Shown here: positions 60,401-64,000 of the stretch, piece by piece
Numbering within the stretch: the first letter of the stretch is position 1
Layout of the letters: each line of letters begins with the position of its first letter
Assembly (NCBI RefSeq): GCF_964188315.1
Contig: NC_135667.1
Span: 12,710,001-12,774,000 of the forward strand
Direction: 5' to 3'
DNA: 64,000 bases
From: Podarcis muralis
Taxonomy: Eukaryota
Notes under the pieces: model-generated
The model's input: the letters and a program-made list of their open reading frames with translations, nothing else
The model's database searches: none
What the model was told of the DNA's origin: nothing
Program-made: the position numbers and the translations under genes

Positions 60401-61478
60401 TTTTGGGTGTCCTTTCCTAAGATAGGAATTTGCTTTTTATTGAGGCAGTCCGTTAGTCTATTTACTTCAACATTGTTTACACCTACTGGCAGTGGTTTTC
60501 CAGAGTTTACAACCAGGAGAGAATTCACAACCTTACTTTGAGATGCTGAGGATTAAACCTGGAACCTTCTGCATGAAGAGCAGTTGCTCTGCCAATGAGC
60601 TATGACCCTTCCCCACCTTATCAACACCCTAAAATGGTCTTCCTTTTCACATCTCTCTTAAATACATCCCAGGCCTTGGTTCCATTATCCCCTTCCAATA
60701 CATTGTCCACCCACCTCTTTCAAGAAATGTGATGTGGGCAGGAGCCCTGATTTTTCTCCTCAAAATTGTTTGCATCCAGTTCCCATTGTTCCCTGCATAT
60801 AATGGGTTGCTGGTAGTGAAAGTAGAGTTGCTTTCTTAGTAGCACTCAGTTAGGTCTAATCATAGAGTGGTGCTCTGTGGAGTGTCCCAGCTAGCCATCT
60901 CCTCTTCCTGGATACTCCCTCTCTGTTCCCCATCTCCTAGCTCCCCATCTCTCCACTGCCACCCTGAAGAAGCATTAACAGGCTGCTGGCACTCTGAGCA
61001 GGTTCAGTTCTCACTGGGCTCTTTTGAGGTAGGATTCTCCCTCTGTAAGAATGTAATAAAATCTTGCTGCATCAGGCCAATAGCCCAGCTAGTCCAGCAT
61101 CCTGTTCTCGCAGTAGCCAACCAGATGCCTGTGGCAAACATGGAATGCAGGACCTGAGCACAAGAGCAATTTCACTTCCTAAGGTTTTCAGCAACGGGTG
61201 TTCAGAAGCATCACTGCCTGCGACTGTGGAGGCAGAACATAGCCATTGCTGCTGGTAGTGATTGGTGACCTTGTCTTCCATTAATATGTCTAAACCTCTT
61301 TTAAAGTTATGATTTCATCTGCCCTGAATCTTCCAACATCCAGCTTCCTTGCTGTTTTCTAAATTAAAAATAAATTACTTTCTTACTTTATTTAAAAAAG
61401 TTTTTATTAAGGTTAATAGAGAAAAATTCAAAACTTAATATTCTCCCCCTTTAATAAAACACCAAACCAATACTTTTA

Positions 61479-61719
61479 CAGTGGTACCTCGGGTTAAGTA
61501 CTTAATTCGTTCCGGAGGTCCGTTCTTAACCTGAAACTGTTCTTAACCTGAAAACCACTTTAGCTAATGGGGCCTCCTGCTGCTGCCACGCTGCCGGAGC
61601 ACGATTTCTGTTCTCATCCTGAAGCAAACTTCTGAACCTGAGGTACTATTTCTGGGTTAGCAGAGTCTGTAACCTGAAGTGTATGTAACCTGAAGTGTAT
61701 GTAACCAGAGGTACCACTG
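61479..61719. mobile_element. Same Tigger-type MITE family
   Basis: TA-CAGTGGTACCTC ... GAGGTACCACTG-TA. Confidence 0.85.
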
Positions 61720-61777
61720 TAGCTAGATAAAAACACAAAAAGGGTGGGGGTGTAGAAGGAAATAGAGAAAGAGAAAT

Positions 61778-61829
<52 letters not shown>
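61778..61829. repeat. (AAAG)n microsatellite
   Basis: Read directly from the sequence. Confidence 0.95.
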
Positions 61830-62235
61830 GTGAGTAAGAGTGGAAAAGAGGTTAAAAGAGAAAGACAGAAAAATAAGATTTAGAAAATAACTAATTTCTG
61901 ATTAATCTGTCTGCTATATAAAAACAATATTCACTTTGTCCAATCCATTATAACACCCACCAAAGCCACTTTCTAGAAACAAACATTTTGGGGGGACTTA
62001 TCGAGGTTCTACTGAGGATGCTGGCTCTTCCCTCTTGTTTCTCAGCCCTGTTTTGGTTGCAGCCCATTTGGTGCCAATATCAGTATTACTGTAGATGGCA
62101 CTTTAGATGTAACACCCATGATTTTCTATTGTGCAAAGTGAAAGGAACCAGCTGGACATCTCATGAGTAGCCTGTGAAATTTGATGCCCCAGCACATTGT
62201 GATACTCAGTAAGAATAAATTACAGAAATAAATGT

Positions 62236-62437
62236 TACAGATAGGTAGCCGTGTTGGTCTGCCATAGTCAAAACAAAAAAAATTCCTTCCAGTAGCACCT
62301 TAAAGACCAACTAAGTTAGTTCTTGGTATGAGCTTTCGTGTGCATGCATGAAGTGTGCATGCACACGAAAGCTCATACCAAGAACTAACTTAGTTGGTCT
62401 TTAAGGTGCTACTGGAAGGAATTTTTTTTTTGTTTTG
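62236..62437. mobile_element. Penelope-like element terminus in fold-back form
   Basis: Inverted arms of about 80 bp around a 7-nt loop (62349-62355); 12-bp TSD AGAAATAAATGT (62224-62235, 62438-62449). Confidence 0.8.
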
Positions 62438-63294
62438 AGAAATAAATGTGTGAACACACAAAGATATCTCAATGCCTCCTGTGCATGATAGTGTGTTCAG
62501 AAGCAGAGGAAATAACTGACAGAATTATAAACAGTCAGATGACACTATCATGCCCTATTTTGAGATTCCCTTCCAAAGAACATCTGGCACTGTCTGAAGA
62601 CAGAGTGCTCAGCTAGATGGCCTAGGCTGCATCCACACATTGTTTATGTAACTGTTAATTTCCACACTATATTTGATCTTTCACACAACAACTTCCAGAA
62701 CTAGAGTGGAATATAACGTAGCTTTAGTGCTAATTTCCATGTTATTTGCTGCCAGAAAAATCATTTGCAAATATTATGGAAATGGGGCTAAACTTACACT
62801 CTTTTCCTCCTTAGTTCTTAAAAGAGCCAATGTAATTTGAAAATGGATGGTCAGGAAATAGTGGGAAAATGGAATGAACTGTAATGTGTATATGAGCCAC
62901 AGTCTGATCTGGAGGGGTAGTTCTGATTGCTCAACTTCTTATATCCTCCCTTAGAAAGGAACACCACTTCCCTAACCTCCGTATTCTAACAACATGCTGG
63001 GATGGATTCATTCCAAATCAGGCTGCGGTAATCTAGCTGAGTGTTCTGTCTTCTGACGGATGCCCATGAGAAACACACAAAAAGAATTTGAGAGGAGCCA
63101 TTTTCCACTTTTGTTCTCCAGCATAGAGAGGCATGCCAGCTCTGATCCTGGAGGTACTATACATAGTCTCCAGTTGCTTTGGATGGATAATTACAATGAT
63201 GACCAGTCTCTATGCTACCCCTATGTCCAGAAGCAATCTAGCCACCAGAAGGCATGTGGAGCGCTGGAGATAGAGAAGGGGAGAGAGCAGATCA

Positions 63295-63808
63295 TAGAAT
63301 CATAGAATCATAGAATCATAGAATCATAGAGTTGGAAGAGACCACAAGGGCCATCGAGTCCAACCCCCTGCCAAGCAGGAAACACCATCAGAGCACTCCT
63401 GACATATGGTTGTCAAGCCTCTGCTTAAAGACCTCCAAAGAAGGAGACTCCACCACACTCCTTGGCAGCAAATTCCACTGTCGAACAGCTCTTACTGTCA
63501 GGAAGTTCTTCCTAATGTTTAGGCGGAATCTTCTTTCTTGTAGTTTGGATCCATTGCTCCGTATCCGCTTCTCTGGAGCAGCAGAAAACAACCTTTCTCC
63601 CTCCTCTATGTGACATCCTTTTATATATTTGAACATGGCTATCATATCACCCCTTAACCTCCTCTTCTCCAGGCTAAACATGCCCAGCTCCCTTAGCCGT
63701 TCCTCATGAGGCATCGTTTCCAGGCCTTTGACCATTTTGGTTGCCCTCCTCTGGACACATTCCAGTTTGTCAGTGTCCTTCTTGAACTGTGGTGCCCAGA
63801 ACTGGACA
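63295..63808 (-). mobile_element. Young 5'-truncated CR1 LINE
   Basis: ORF2 C-terminus [22 protein letters not shown]...[12 protein letters not shown]; (TTCTATGA)n tail; TSD CAGATCA (63288-63294, 63809-63815). Confidence 0.92.
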
Positions 63809-64000
63809 CAGATCAGCAGATAGAAACTGCTGGACAGCTCCTTGGAGGAGTCTGCAAAATTTCATTCATCCCAGAGCCTTCACCTGCCCTTTGGAAAAAT
63901 CTAATACACCCTCAACTATTTTTTCACTCACCTGCAAACCCCAGCAGATATTTCTTAAGGTTTTCTGCAGCAACTTCTGTTCAGCTCAGCATCAGTTTGG

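Overview
Vertebrate genomic DNA. The repeat content (Sauria SINE, BovB, CR1, L2, Penelope, hAT and Tc1/mariner MITEs) points to a squamate, probably a lacertid lizard (inference). The window holds coding exon 1 and the CpG-island promoter of LPCAT4 (- strand, about 7.2 kb; the rest of the gene lies left of the window). Beyond it is the edge of a class II, family-4 olfactory receptor cluster with five intact single-coding-exon ORs, all on the - strand: two OR4N/4M-like genes (26.0 and 37.4 kb) and three OR4K/4F/4Q-like genes (44.6, 51.8 and 58.2 kb) in roughly 7-kb tandem duplication units. Much of the remainder is transposon-derived, and many insertions keep their target-site duplications (TSDs). 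Most notable observations: (1) a Penelope terminal module (CCAAT-TATA-minimal hammerhead ribozyme) lies in sense orientation in a predicted OR 5' UTR intron; (2) two Penelope fold-back insertions pivot on the ribozyme's palindromic stem II; (3) a 1.35-kb mariner-type element is filled with tandem arrays of GC-rich hairpins; (4) a splice acceptor lies exactly 17 nt before the ATG in all five ORs; (5) the triplicated units share candidate non-coding 5' exons; (6) the middle OR4K-like gene is mosaic; (7) there are candidate CTCF sites and an orphan promoter at the cluster edge. There are two N gaps. All calls are by eye, without database searches.
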